From Escherichia phage EF202P1, in the sequence record OP172796.1: a DNA stretch of 64,000 nucleotides, one strand, 5' to 3'. This document shows positions 24,197-42,733 of the stretch, one piece after another. Each line of letters begins with the position of its first letter. Position 1 is the stretch's first letter. The notes below the pieces were generated by a model. It saw only the letters and a list, made by a program, of their open reading frames with translations. It did no database searches and was not told the origin of the DNA. A program made the translations under genes and the position numbers.

Positions 24197-24678
24197 TGGT
24201 TAAAAGGGTTATTCACCCCGCTAGAGCAAAATTAGTCGGGGCTATGAAGAACTTGCAAACGGCTAATGCTCAAGTTGGGTATTTTCAAGAACAAGGTCAA
24301 CATAGCTCTGGTTTTTCTTATCCTGCTTTAATGTATTTACAAGAAGTTATTGGGGTTCCTTCAGCTTCTGGTAAAGTATATCGTAGGTTGTTTGAAATCA
24401 CTATGATGCTAAACAGACAGGCCTTGTTAGAGCAGACTAAGAAGAATCTATATAAGCAACTTAGCAGTCTCAATACAGACCCTTCAAACACCTTAGAAGC
24501 ATTTGCAAAGAATGCTCAGAAGGCAATTAAAAGAGGTTTTGGTAATTCTGCTATCCTCCCTCCTAACGCACCTTCCACAGTCAAGAAAAAAGGCTTTAAT
24601 GCACCTCTTGTTGAGACAGGTGACTTAAGGGATAACCTTGCTTATAAAATTTCTACTAAGAAGGGTATTAAAAAATGA
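24196..24678 (+). CDS. hypothetical head-tail connector region protein (160 aa)
   Basis: ORF, coupled. Confidence 0.5.
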   Translation: MVKRVIHPARAKLVGAMKNLQTANAQVGYFQEQGQHSSGFSYPALMYLQEVIGVPSASGKVYRRLFEITMMLNRQALLEQTKKNLYKQLSSLNTDPSNTLEAFAKNAQKAIKRGFGNSAILPPNAPSTVKKKGFNAPLVETGDLRDNLAYKISTKKGIKK

Positions 24679-25076
24679 GGCTCTTAAACAGACACAGCTT
24701 TGTAGTAAAGCGTAAAGTCTCTGAAGACGGTTATTATAATGATGATGGTGATTGGGTAGCTTCACAAGATATTGTAGAGGTTAACTGCAAAGGTAATATC
24801 CAGCCATACATTAAAGGTTCTGTAAAGAACGGTACACAGATTGCTTTACCGGAAGGTATTAGGCTAACCGATACAAGAATCCTATATACCACATATAAAC
24901 TTAGAACTTCAGATGATGTAGAGTGGAATGAGTCTGATATTGTTATGATTGATGGTCATGAGTATGAAGTATTTATGACTATGGATTGGTCACAGCAATT
25001 AGCCCATACGTCCCATTATGAATATATCATTATTAGAAGGGATAAAATGAATGCAGTTAGAAACAGCAGAACTTGA
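24675..25076 (+). CDS. hypothetical head-tail connector region protein (133 aa)
   Basis: ORF, coupled. Confidence 0.5.
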   Translation: MRLLNRHSFVVKRKVSEDGYYNDDGDWVASQDIVEVNCKGNIQPYIKGSVKNGTQIALPEGIRLTDTRILYTTYKLRTSDDVEWNESDIVMIDGHEYEVFMTMDWSQQLAHTSHYEYIIIRRDKMNAVRNSRT

Positions 25077-25650
25077 AAAAGGTCTAGTTAGAACCTTAGT
25101 GGATGTTATTGGTCACAGACTAGCTCGTGATAAGAATAATAGACCAAATGTAATTAGAGCTTACCCTTCTGATAACTCAAATGACAAAGGTTTAAAACCT
25201 GACCAGCCATTTATTACCGTATATTGTCAAGATGCTGCAACACCTTATGGTTGGGTTCTTGATAAGTTTGTTGAGGATGATGTAGTTTGCTACAGAATTG
25301 CTTTTCAGATTCCAGTATTAATTACGGTGAATGGTAAAGGTGCTCACAGTATTATGCTTGAGCTTAAACAACGATTAGAGATGAGTTCAGTCAGAGATTT
25401 AATCCTTGAAGAAACAGGAGCTACAGTATTAGACACTGGAGCAATCCCTAATGATTACACTTATCTCAATACAGATTTCGAAAATTCTGCACCTCTTGTT
25501 GTAACTCTTGTAAAAAACTCAGTCCTGAAAGATGAACGTGGAAGTATTATCGAGCGTGTCATTGTTGATGGTGAGTTAGTTTATGAAGAAGGACAAGAGC
25601 CACCAGAATATATTATCCATCTAGATGTAGACTCCAAAGGGGTAAAATAA
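25051..25650 (+). CDS. hypothetical tail completion/neck protein (199 aa)
   Basis: ORF, coupled. Confidence 0.5.
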   Translation: MQLETAELEKGLVRTLVDVIGHRLARDKNNRPNVIRAYPSDNSNDKGLKPDQPFITVYCQDAATPYGWVLDKFVEDDVVCYRIAFQIPVLITVNGKGAHSIMLELKQRLEMSSVRDLILEETGATVLDTGAIPNDYTYLNTDFENSAPLVVTLVKNSVLKDERGSIIERVIVDGELVYEEGQEPPEYIIHLDVDSKGVK

Positions 25651-27003
25651 ATGTGGAATCCAATTGTTAATGTAGATATTACATTGAACACCGCAGGAAC
25701 TACAAGAGAAGGTTTTGGTTTACCACTATTCTTAGCTTCAACAGATAACTTTGAAGAAAGAGTACGTGGCTACACTTCCTTAACTGAAGTTGCTGAAGAT
25801 TTCGATGAGAATACTGCTGCATATAAGGCTGCTAAACAACTTTGGAGTCAGACTCCTAAAGTAACTCAGCTTTATATTGGTAGACGTGCTATGCAGTACA
25901 CTGTATCAATTCCTGATGCCGTTACCGAAAGTACAGACTACTCGATTACTGTAGCTGCTGGCGGTGGAATTTCTCAACCATACCAGTATACAGCGCAAGA
26001 CTCAGACACTGCTGAAGTAGTGTTGCAACAGTTTAAAACACAGATTGAAGCTGACCCAACAATCAAAGATAAGGTTTCTGTGAACGTAACTGGTAGCAAT
26101 GGTTCTGCCACAATGATTATCACTAAAGCTGGTGACAATGATTTTGTGAAGGTAACCACTACAGCACAGACTGTATCTATTGCAAGCACAACTGCCGATA
26201 CAGCATCAACTGCTCTGGCAGCCATTGAAGCTTATTCTACTGACTGGTATTTCATTGCAGCAGAAGATAGAACTCAACAGTTTGTCCTAGCAATGGCTTC
26301 TGAGATTCAGGCTCGTAAGAAAATCTTCTTCACTGCTAACTCTGATGTATCAGCACTACAAGGTACAGAATTAAACAGTGCAAACGATGTTCCAGCACAG
26401 CTTGCTAAGAGTATGTATACTCGCACAGTTTGCTTGTGGCATCACACAGCAGCAGAAGACTATCCAGAGATGGCATACATTGCTTATGGTGCTCCATACG
26501 ATGCAGGGTCAATTGCTTGGGGTAATGCTCAGTTGACTGGTGTAGCTGCTTCTCTACAGCCAGCTAATAAGAGACCTCTGACAAGTATTCAGAAGTCAGC
26601 TTTAGATGCACGTCACTGTAACTTTATTGACCTTGATGGTGGTGTTCCAGTGGTTCGTAGAGGGATTACTTCTGGTGGGGAATGGATTGATATCATCCGT
26701 GGCGTTGACTGGTTAGAATCAGACCTGAAAACTTCTCTGAGAGACTTGCTAATTAACCAGAAGGGTGGTAAGATTACTTATGATGATACTGGTATTACCC
26801 GTATTCGTCAAGTCATTGAAACCTCTCTACAAAGAGCAGTCAACAGAAACTTCCTGTCATCTTACACAGTTAATGTTCCTAAAGCCTCTCAAGTTGCTTT
26901 GGCAGACAAGAAAGCTCGTATCCTGAAAGACGTTACCTTCGCAGGTATCTTAGCAGGGGCTATCTTGGATGTTGACTTGAAAGGTACAGTGGCTTACGAA
27001 TAA
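25651..27003 (+). CDS. tail sheath protein (putative)
   Basis: 450-aa ORF followed by a ~150-aa ORF, chaperone pair and tape measure (sheath-tube-chaperone-TMP order). Confidence 0.5.
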   Translation: MWNPIVNVDITLNTAGTTREGFGLPLFLASTDNFEERVRGYTSLTEVAEDFDENTAAYKAAKQLWSQTPKVTQLYIGRRAMQYTVSIPDAVTESTDYSITVAAGGGISQPYQYTAQDSDTAEVVLQQFKTQIEADPTIKDKVSVNVTGSNGSATMIITKAGDNDFVKVTTTAQTVSIASTTADTASTALAAIEAYSTDWYFIAAEDRTQQFVLAMASEIQARKKIFFTANSDVSALQGTELNSANDVPAQLAKSMYTRTVCLWHHTAAEDYPEMAYIAYGAPYDAGSIAWGNAQLTGVAASLQPANKRPLTSIQKSALDARHCNFIDLDGGVPVVRRGITSGGEWIDIIRGVDWLESDLKTSLRDLLINQKGGKITYDDTGITRIRQVIETSLQRAVNRNFLSSYTVNVPKASQVALADKKARILKDVTFAGILAGAILDVDLKGTVAYE

Positions 27004-27018
27004 TAGAGGTAAATTGGA

Positions 27019-27465
27019 ATGGCTATGTATCAGCAATATTCCCCTAAAGACGTTGTGTGTAGCTGGAATGGTATTGCCATTGAAGGCTTTGCCCCAGACT
27101 CATTCTTACGTCTACAGAGAACATCACCACTTGTGACACCAGTTGTTGGTGCAGGTGGTCAAGTTGCTCTGACTAGAAATGCAGACAAGACAGGTACTAT
27201 TGAGATTGAGCTAATGCAGACTTCTCTCTCTAATCAGATGCTTTCTGCAATTCAAGCTAAACAAGACAATATGGAACTTGAAGAAGATATCTCTTCTAAC
27301 TTCGTAATCTACGACCCATCAGGCTCTGTTCTGGCAACTGGTATCAATGCTTGGTTGCAGGAACTACCACAGATTGAACTTGGTCGTGACCAGAACTCTA
27401 AAACTTGGATTTTTGGTTGTGAGAAGCTAGACTACACTTCTACAATTCCAGCGTCAAGTGTTTAA
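27019..27465 (+). CDS. tail tube protein (putative)
   Basis: 148-aa ORF between sheath-like gene and chaperones; followed by terminator. Confidence 0.5.
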   Translation: MAMYQQYSPKDVVCSWNGIAIEGFAPDSFLRLQRTSPLVTPVVGAGGQVALTRNADKTGTIEIELMQTSLSNQMLSAIQAKQDNMELEEDISSNFVIYDPSGSVLATGINAWLQELPQIELGRDQNSKTWIFGCEKLDYTSTIPASSV

Positions 27466-27477
27466 TAAATCCTATAA

Positions 27478-27509
27478 GGGGGAGACTTTAAAAGGTCTTC
27501 CCCTTTTTT
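27478..27509 (+). terminator. rho-independent terminator
   Basis: GGGGGAGAC...GTCTTCCCC hairpin plus T6. Confidence 0.65.
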
Positions 27510-27538
27510 GTTTCTTTTAAAAGTATTAAGGAATCACA

Positions 27539-27937
27539 ATGAAAACAGAATCTAGAGTAATTAATGGTAAGAAAGTAAATATTGTTCTGCTTGGGGCAAG
27601 AGATGGTATTAAGATGTCTATGAAGTTGGGTAAAATTGTTGTTCCAACTTTTGCACAGATGCTATCAAGTCTGACTGATAAAGATAAGAAAGAAGCTCCA
27701 ATGGTTCCATTTAAAGAACTTGTTGAAGCTTGTTTTGACAGAATTGAAGAAATTAACCTTGAAGAAATGGCTACCCTATTATTTCAAGGGGCAACTGTTG
27801 ATGACTTCCCACTTAATATTGATACATACTTCCAAGCAAACTATGGTGAATTTATTGATTACTTAGCATTTGCGCTGGAGGCAAATTTCGGAAGTTTTTT
27901 CGAAGCAAGCATTTTCAAAAGCCTAACTTCTCAGTAA
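27539..27937 (+). CDS. tail assembly chaperone (G-like)
   Basis: ORF immediately upstream of tape measure; slippery T_TTT_TTC at 27895-27901. Confidence 0.55.
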   Translation: MKTESRVINGKKVNIVLLGARDGIKMSMKLGKIVVPTFAQMLSSLTDKDKKEAPMVPFKELVEACFDRIEEINLEEMATLLFQGATVDDFPLNIDTYFQANYGEFIDYLAFALEANFGSFFEASIFKSLTSQ

Positions 27938-27939
27938 AC

Positions 27940-28178
27940 ATGGGTAACACTCTACAGACACCACTAACTGATGCTGCTGTAGAGGCAACCTATGAAGAAG
28001 CAGACGAGATGAAATTTGTGCTTGCTATTTATGGTATGGAAGGGTGTAAAGAAACACTTGACCAACTCTTTGCTATGACATTCTCTGATTTATTATCATT
28101 GAGACAATTTCTTGAAATTCAGAGGTCGTATAAAGAGGAAATTGCTTACAACGAACTTAGAAGAGCAGGAAAAATGTA

Positions 28179-28179
<1 letters not shown>
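27940..28179 (+). CDS. tail assembly chaperone frameshift extension (GT-like); probably expressed as a 27539-28179 fusion by -1 frameshift
   Basis: ORF lies in the -1 frame relative to 27539-27937 and is continuous with it after a slip at 27895-27901. Confidence 0.5.
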
Positions 28180-36198
<8,019 letters not shown>

Positions 36199-36200
36199 TA

Positions 36201-37388
36201 ATGGCAGTAGGTGAAATTCAAATTAGTGCCTTGCCTCAAGCAGCCTTACCAATTGACCTTAGTGATATCTTCCATCTTAAGCAGGGTATTGAGGATAAGA
36301 GGTGTACTCTTGAGCAATTACTTGCTCCACACTCAAGCCTAAAAAATAACCCTCATGGTGTTACTAAAACACAAATTGGTTTAGATAATGTTATTAATGC
36401 TCTTCAGTTAGTCGCTGCAAATAACTTATCAGATATTGTTAATGTAGCTGAGGCAAGAGCAAATCTACAGATTATGTCTTCAGAAGAGGTTAATAACCTT
36501 GTTCAGCAACATATCAAGGACAAGAGTAACCCACACAATACAACTAAGGCACAGGTTGGTTTAAGTAATGTTCAGAACTGGACAACATCTAACCTGTATA
36601 ATGAAGATGCAGATAAGTATGCTACAGCAAGAGCAGTAAATAATTTGTACAAGGCTGTTCAGGCTTCTTATCCAGTAGGTACTATCCATCTTTCTATGAA
36701 CTCTGCAAACCCTTCTACATACTTAATTTGTGGAGGTACTTGGGAGTTGGTTTCAAAAGGTAGGGCATTGGTTGGCTATGACTCTGATACAAGGCCAGCA
36801 GGTTCTGTATTTGGTGCTTCGACTGTCACTTTGTCAGTTAATAACATGCCTCAACACTCACACTCTGTATCTCTTAGTGGTGGTGGTCACACTCATAATG
36901 CAACTGTTTCAATTTCAGCTTTTGACTATGGAACAAAGACTACCAACTCTTTTGACTATGGAACAAAGACTACTAACACAACTGGTAACCACAATCACGT
37001 TGGTAGTGGGTCAACAAGTGCTGCTGGTGCTCACAACCACAGATTGACCTATGAAGCGGGTGGTGGCCTATCGGAGAGACCTGCAATGGTTTGGTCTACA
37101 AGAAATGACCAATCATGGTACTCAGCAGATGCTGTCTGTGAAGTCGCTGGTTCGCACACCCACTCTTTTAGCGTTACCACTAACACAACTGGTAACCATA
37201 ATCATACGGTGGGTATTGGTGCTCATAGCCATACAGTTGGTATTGGTTCACACACACACAATGGTACTGTGGCAGTTTCTTCTTCTGAGCATACACATAG
37301 TGGAAACACTAATAGTGTTGGTGGTGGACAAGCTTTCAACATTGAGCAGCCATCATTCGTGCTGTATGTATGGCAGAGAACAGCTTAA
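36201..37388 (+). CDS. tail fiber protein with His-rich HxH repeat tip
   Basis: Tandem FDYGTKTTN repeats and multiple HxH/HxHxH motifs (GNHNHV, AHNHRL, GSHTHSF, GAHSHTVGIGSHTHNG); C-terminus resembles that of the 37435-39819 product. Confidence 0.65.
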   Translation: MAVGEIQISALPQAALPIDLSDIFHLKQGIEDKRCTLEQLLAPHSSLKNNPHGVTKTQIGLDNVINALQLVAANNLSDIVNVAEARANLQIMSSEEVNNLVQQHIKDKSNPHNTTKAQVGLSNVQNWTTSNLYNEDADKYATARAVNNLYKAVQASYPVGTIHLSMNSANPSTYLICGGTWELVSKGRALVGYDSDTRPAGSVFGASTVTLSVNNMPQHSHSVSLSGGGHTHNATVSISAFDYGTKTTNSFDYGTKTTNTTGNHNHVGSGSTSAAGAHNHRLTYEAGGGLSERPAMVWSTRNDQSWYSADAVCEVAGSHTHSFSVTTNTTGNHNHTVGIGAHSHTVGIGSHTHNGTVAVSSSEHTHSGNTNSVGGGQAFNIEQPSFVLYVWQRTA

Positions 37389-37398
37389 TTTCTTTACA

Positions 37399-37418
37399 GG
37401 GGCTTTATAGCCCCTTTT
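37399..37418 (+). terminator. rho-independent terminator
   Basis: GGGGC-TTTATA-GCCCC plus TTTT. Confidence 0.65.
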
Positions 37419-37434
37419 AAGAGGAAAATTTATA

Positions 37435-39819
37435 ATGGCAGATTACAAATTGAGTGAATTAAACTCAATCGATACAATCCGTTCAGATGACCTTCTTCAT
37501 GTCAGAGTTAAAAAGAGACCTGAAATGCTGGGTGATGAAGACCGTCGAATGACCTATCAAGATTTCTTAGCATCTTTTAAGCTTGAGAGATTTGTTCAGA
37601 TTATTGGTAGTACCATGACGGGTGATTTAGGTATTGTTAAGTTACTTTATGGTGGTAAGACAGTATTTGACCCTACAGGCTCTTCTGAGATTAATATTGG
37701 GGATGTTTTAAAGACTTTTAAAATTAACGCAAACGGTCTTAAGCTAACTATTGCAGATGCTTCAAGGTCGGCAACTGTTTACCATACCCTGAATAAGCCA
37801 AGTCCTAATGAGCTTGGGATGAGAACTAATGAAGAGAATGATGCAAGATACTCAAGATTAGCTGCAAATAACATCTTTACCTTCCAACAGGTTATTCAAG
37901 CAAATGGCGAAGCTATTAGACTAAAAAATTCTTCTGAGAACTCACCGTTGTATATTAGAGGTCAGGACAGCACTGGTGCTAATAGGTGGTATGTAGGTAA
38001 TGGTTCAGGGAATGATGATGTTATTATCCACAACTACAAGACAGGTTGTGAAGTGAATCTGTCTAGTGTTGCTGCTATCAGTAAAACACTTAGAATCACT
38101 GGTCAAGTCCAACCTTCTGACTTCTCTAACTTAGATGCTAGATACTTCACACAGACAGTTGCTAATCAGAGATTTGCACAGTTAGCTGCTAATAACAATT
38201 TCACTGGCACTAACACGTTTAGCAGAAACCTACTTATTATTAGTGACAGTGCTGCTTTAAGGTTGAAAAATACTGTAGCAAATGCTGCACTATACGTTAA
38301 AGCCGAAGCTAATGATGGTTCTGGTAAGTGGTATGTAGGAAATGGTGATAATACACCTGCTGTATTCATCAGCAACTATGTGTATGGTTCTTATCTTAGA
38401 CTTGACAATGGTCATGTCGCAGTAAACAAGGACTTCAGAATCACTGGTCAAGTTCAACCTTCAGATTGGGCTAACATCGACTCTAGATACATCCCAGCAG
38501 CAACTTTGAGTAACCTACCTAAACTTAATGTTGCTAACACATTTGTGAATGTGCAAACTATTGTATCAAATAATGAAGGCGTAGTATTAAGAAACTTAAC
38601 ACAGGGACAGCCACAATATATCCGTGGTGTTGATACCCAGAATGTATCTAGGTGGTGGGTAGGTGTGGGTGGCACAAATTCTACTGATGTAGCATTAAAC
38701 AACAGCTACTCTGGGACTCAAATTACTCTTATGTCCTCAGCGATTAAGGCTAATAAGAATCTAACCATTACTGGTCAAGTACAACCTTCTGATTGGTCTA
38801 ACTTAGATGCTAGATATTTTGTTAAAACTCAGTTATTAAATCAATCCTTAATGACTGTCTCTGTAGATAACCTTGAAAACCCTTCAGCATTTAATCTTGG
38901 ATATTCAGGTTTTGTCAGAAACAACAGTGTGACTAGTGGTCTGAAAGAGTTGGCAATTCATGTTGCTCACTCTAGTAAGTCTGCTGCACATGCAAGGGGT
39001 ATCTCTTTTGTATACGGTTCAAACGGTTTGGCAACATTCACCTATGCCTATGACAAAGACGGCAGATATGCTGGGGAAGCACAGCTTTACACAACTGATT
39101 TTAAACCAACCCCTTCAGATATTGGTGCATACACTAAAGCTGAAACTGACCAGAAGATTGCACAGGCAGTAAGTGACTCTACAGACCTTAACAAAATCTA
39201 TCCAGTTGGTATTGTAACGTGGTTTAACAGTAATGTTGACCCTAATACAGCACTTCCTGGTCTAACTTGGACGTACCTGAACAATGGTGTTGGTAGAACT
39301 ATCAGAATCGCAGCAGCAAACGGTTCAGATGTTGCTACAACTGGTGGTTCAGACTCTGTAACTTTAGCTGTTGGTAACTTACCATCACACACTCACAGTT
39401 TCTCTGCTACCACTTCATCTTTTGATTATGGTACGAAGGGCACTAATAGTACTGGTGGTCATACTCACTCTGTAAGTGGTACAACAAGTGCTGCTGGTAA
39501 CCACGCTCACCACTTAGGTTTGTTATTAGTTAATGGTGGCGATGCTTTGTACGGTTATACAACAGTTGGTAACAATAAGACAAGGACTCTTGACTGGCTT
39601 GACAGAACTGATAACAAGTTCCCTAACACTAACACAACTGGTAACCATACACACACATGGTCTGGTACTACAAGCAACACTGGTGCTCACACCCACTCTG
39701 TAGGTATCGGTGCTCACACTCATACAGTTAGTGGTAACACTGGTGGTACAGGTTCTGGTTCAGCATTTAGTGTTACTAACCAGTTCTACAAGTTAATGGC
39801 TTGGGTAAGAACTGCTTAA
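37435..39819 (+). CDS. long tail fiber protein with three internal ~110-aa repeats and His-rich tip
   Basis: Repeats containing [10 protein letters not shown](F/W)(S/A)N(L/I)D(A/S)RY; C-terminal FDYGTKGTN plus HxH motifs shared with the 36201-37388 product. Confidence 0.7.
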   Translation: MADYKLSELNSIDTIRSDDLLHVRVKKRPEMLGDEDRRMTYQDFLASFKLERFVQIIGSTMTGDLGIVKLLYGGKTVFDPTGSSEINIGDVLKTFKINANGLKLTIADASRSATVYHTLNKPSPNELGMRTNEENDARYSRLAANNIFTFQQVIQANGEAIRLKNSSENSPLYIRGQDSTGANRWYVGNGSGNDDVIIHNYKTGCEVNLSSVAAISKTLRITGQVQPSDFSNLDARYFTQTVANQRFAQLAANNNFTGTNTFSRNLLIISDSAALRLKNTVANAALYVKAEANDGSGKWYVGNGDNTPAVFISNYVYGSYLRLDNGHVAVNKDFRITGQVQPSDWANIDSRYIPAATLSNLPKLNVANTFVNVQTIVSNNEGVVLRNLTQGQPQYIRGVDTQNVSRWWVGVGGTNSTDVALNNSYSGTQITLMSSAIKANKNLTITGQVQPSDWSNLDARYFVKTQLLNQSLMTVSVDNLENPSAFNLGYSGFVRNNSVTSGLKELAIHVAHSSKSAAHARGISFVYGSNGLATFTYAYDKDGRYAGEAQLYTTDFKPTPSDIGAYTKAETDQKIAQAVSDSTDLNKIYPVGIVTWFNSNVDPNTALPGLTWTYLNNGVGRTIRIAAANGSDVATTGGSDSVTLAVGNLPSHTHSFSATTSSFDYGTKGTNSTGGHTHSVSGTTSAAGNHAHHLGLLLVNGGDALYGYTTVGNNKTRTLDWLDRTDNKFPNTNTTGNHTHTWSGTTSNTGAHTHSVGIGAHTHTVSGNTGGTGSGSAFSVTNQFYKLMAWVRTA

Positions 39820-39898
39820 TCCCTTGTTGACTGATTGTTAAGATGGTGTTAATATTCTTTATGGGTATTCTCACCATCTTGGCTGATGAGGTGATTAA

Positions 39899-40096
39899 AT
39901 GCCTACAATCCTAGCAATTCTTCTAAAAAATCTAGGTAGCTTCTTCTGGAAACTCATTTTATCCCTTCTAAGTGAATACATGATTGAGAAAGTGTTCTTT
40001 AGGCTTGCAAGATACCTTGCGAGTAAAACAGACACACCTATTGATGATGAGTTCGTAGATAACTTAGAAAAAGCTTTTAAGGGGGAGAATAAATGA
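39899..40096 (+). CDS. small membrane protein (65 aa)
   Basis: Single hydrophobic helix (ILAILLKNLGSFFWKLILSLL). Confidence 0.45.
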   Translation: MPTILAILLKNLGSFFWKLILSLLSEYMIEKVFFRLARYLASKTDTPIDDEFVDNLEKAFKGENK

Positions 40097-40464
40097 AGTG
40101 GCTAGAGGAAGCTTTTAAAAATAATATTGGTGCAATTGTAGTTGGTATTTTTAGTGTTATTGGGATGTATACCACCATGCAAGTTTCGGATGGTAAACAA
40201 GAAGTGTCTATCACAACAAAGTTACAGCAGTTGGATAATTATTCCAAAAGTAATTATTCAGCTATCCGTGATTTACAGTCTGATATGAGGTTGCTTCAGC
40301 TAGGGATGGAGAACCAGAAAGTCCAGTTAGAGAATGTTAAGGGTGAGAACGCAAAACTTACTAAGACTCTTGATAAATTCTCTGATAGTGTGAACAATCT
40401 GGCTCAATCAGTATCAGCCCTCCAAGCTATTACTGAAAAGAACACAAAGAATACTGAAAAGTAA
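40093..40464 (+). CDS. membrane-anchored coiled-coil protein (123 aa)
   Basis: N-terminal hydrophobic helix followed by Q/L-rich helical region. Confidence 0.5.
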   Translation: MKWLEEAFKNNIGAIVVGIFSVIGMYTTMQVSDGKQEVSITTKLQQLDNYSKSNYSAIRDLQSDMRLLQLGMENQKVQLENVKGENAKLTKTLDKFSDSVNNLAQSVSALQAITEKNTKNTEK

Positions 40465-40471
40465 AGTTTAA

Positions 40472-40497
40472 GGCTCCTTTTTACGGGAGCCTTTTTT
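40472..40497. terminator. terminator hairpin between convergent blocks
   Basis: GGCTCC-TTTTTAC-GGGAGCC followed by T6. Confidence 0.6.
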
Positions 40498-40500
40498 GTT

Positions 40501-41400
40501 TTATTTACCTACTGACAAAGGTGCTTCAATCTTTCCTGCATGTTGGTAATTGTTAATACCACCAATAAAGTCACTTGCAGTGAGATGTTTTAAGTCACTT
40601 AAAGTGTTAAGTGGGATACCAATCTCAAAAGTTGGTGCATGGAACTCTTCATTGTTCATCAGTTCATAAACCTGCTTCATATGGTTCTGATAAATCTGGG
40701 TATCTCCAAAAACACCTATCAAGTACCGTGGAGTGTATCCAGCCATCTTACAAAGAACTTCCAGAATAAAGCCATAAGATGCAATGTTAAAGGGAAGTCC
40801 TAAAAAGGTGTCTACAGAACGCTGATACCATTGTAAGTCAACTTCACCCTCGTTAGTGATATAAATCTGAAACAGAACATGACAAGGTGCTAAAGCCATT
40901 GAGTTAGCTGCAATATCTGCTGCATTCCAAGCATTAACAAGCATGTAACGGTCTGTGATATCACCCTTCATCTTCGTTACTAAGGTATCTAACTGGTCTA
41001 CAACACAACCATTATGACCTTCAAAGTTCCTCCACTGAACCCCATAAATCCTTCCACCTGCATCTTCTAACCAATCTTGTTCAGAAGAATAATTAGAGCT
41101 TAACCAGCGTTTGAAATCATCTGACCAGATTGTCCAACGTTCTCCGTCATTTTCACCCCAAGTACGGTAACGGAGTTCACCCAGTTTATTCTCACCGTTC
41201 AGGAACCATAAAGCTTCCCCAATAACTTGCCGTGTAAACACCTGTTTAGATGTTAAAAGTGGGAAACCAGTTCTCATATCAAAACGAAATTGTGGTGGAG
41301 CAAATGCAGAGATAACAGCTCCAGTTCGTGTAGTACGCAGTTCACCGACTGATAAAACATGGTTCAGGATATTTTTGTAACTTGTATCTGCTTGTGACAT
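40501..41400 (-). CDS. thyA: thymidylate synthase
   Basis: 299 aa; sequence resembles ThyA throughout, including the catalytic Cys region (ALAPCHVLFQIY) and C-terminal motifs. Confidence 0.85.
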   Translation of the reverse strand: MSQADTSYKNILNHVLSVGELRTTRTGAVISAFAPPQFRFDMRTGFPLLTSKQVFTRQVIGEALWFLNGENKLGELRYRTWGENDGERWTIWSDDFKRWLSSNYSSEQDWLEDAGGRIYGVQWRNFEGHNGCVVDQLDTLVTKMKGDITDRYMLVNAWNAADIAANSMALAPCHVLFQIYITNEGEVDLQWYQRSVDTFLGLPFNIASYGFILEVLCKMAGYTPRYLIGVFGDTQIYQNHMKQVYELMNNEEFHAPTFEIGIPLNTLSDLKHLTASDFIGGINNYQHAGKIEAPLSVGK

Positions 41401-41401
41401 A

Positions 41402-41947
41402 TCAAAAGTGTCCTTTTACTTGTGGAACATAAATTTCAAAAGTTGCTTTACCATCCTCTGATGGTTTTGACTGTACCTTTGTAAATACACGGTTATCATA
41501 CAGCTTCTCAAAGAAGTTTTCAAAAGGTAAATGCACAGTGGCCTCTTCAGTAACTTTATGGAAAACAGTATGGAACACCACACCAGCATACGGTAAAGCA
41601 TTGACAAGGATACCTGCACCACCAATTACAAAGACATCTTCATCAATAGAGCTATCAAGATACTTCAAAAATGCTCCAAATGAATCTTTACTGGCTTTAG
41701 CATACATTACATCATCTTTGCCAAAGTCTATGCCTAAGTATGGTACAGAATTTGTTAAGATGAGGTTTGCACGTTCTGGTAAAGGCTTACTCCCCAGAGT
41801 CTTGAAAGTCTCATTCCCCATCACTACTAAGTTATTTTTAGTGAGTCTCTTAAACTCTTGCATGTCCTGTTTATGTCGAGGCCACGGCATACCAGTTGGA
41901 GTACCAAACTCACCATTTTCACCACTTGCAAAGATTAATTTAATCAT
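41402..41947 (-). CDS. folA: dihydrofolate reductase
   Basis: 181 aa; N-terminal MIKLIFASGENGEFGT..MPW and VVMGNETFK..LP.R motifs; adjacent to thymidylate synthase. Confidence 0.8.
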   Translation of the reverse strand: MIKLIFASGENGEFGTPTGMPWPRHKQDMQEFKRLTKNNLVVMGNETFKTLGSKPLPERANLILTNSVPYLGIDFGKDDVMYAKASKDSFGAFLKYLDSSIDEDVFVIGGAGILVNALPYAGVVFHTVFHKVTEEATVHLPFENFFEKLYDNRVFTKVQSKPSEDGKATFEIYVPQVKGHF

Positions 41948-42204
41948 TTTGTAAACCCTCTCTTAATGAACCAGTTGATAACAGTCTTCACAGCTTTATT
42001 GCTATGGTAGATTAAGTGTGGTGTAGGTTGGTATGAACCATAAGCCCAGAATGATAGGTGCTCACCACAACCAACACATGTAGTACTCTCTTCAGCTATA
42101 TGACCATTAACAATCATATGAACTTCACCTTGCAAGTCTGTACATCCACAATGTGGACAACGAATGGGTGTTCCATCAGACTCATAACAGTGTTCAATTT
42201 TCAT
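41944..42204 (-). CDS. zinc-ribbon protein (86 aa)
   Basis: CPHCGC...CVGCGEH cysteine pairs. Confidence 0.55.
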   Translation of the reverse strand: MKIEHCYESDGTPIRCPHCGCTDLQGEVHMIVNGHIAEESTTCVGCGEHLSFWAYGSYQPTPHLIYHSNKAVKTVINWFIKRGFTK

Positions 42205-42720
42205 TTATTTAACCTCAAAAACTGGTTCAAGAACCAATATAAAGTCTACACAGTCATCTTCTTCATCCAGAATACCATCAAAGTTCTTAGGAACGAAGTC
42301 GAAGAGGCTCATAGAGTAGCGGTCAGAAGTAATCCTGATAGCCCCTCCGATATTCTCTACAGTTAATATTGTACGGCTTTCTGTTACCTCACTAAGAAGA
42401 TTACTTACAAAGTCATCCAAGAAGTACTTCATCAGTGACTTAAAACCTTTAGGATAATCTGTACCAGAGTATGTTTCAATCTGCGGAACAAGCTTAACAT
42501 TTATACTAGTCTTTGTTAAGAATGTGCTAGAGAACATACTATCAGGTAACTTACAAACAGTCTTTCCAGTACCTTCATGTTCAATCTCAACAAAACCAGC
42601 TTCGTCGCCACATGTAACTATTTTAAAAGATGCTTCATTCTCATACTGTGAAGCCATAAACTTTTTAAGCATCACTTTAAGAAAGTCTGCATGAGCATCT
42701 TGTAAGTAGATATCAATCAT
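42205..42720 (-). CDS. hypothetical protein (171 aa)
   Basis: ORF. Confidence 0.55.
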   Translation of the reverse strand: MIDIYLQDAHADFLKVMLKKFMASQYENEASFKIVTCGDEAGFVEIEHEGTGKTVCKLPDSMFSSTFLTKTSINVKLVPQIETYSGTDYPKGFKSLMKYFLDDFVSNLLSEVTESRTILTVENIGGAIRITSDRYSMSLFDFVPKNFDGILDEEDDCVDFILVLEPVFEVK

Positions 42721-42733
42721 AGTTAATCACCTA

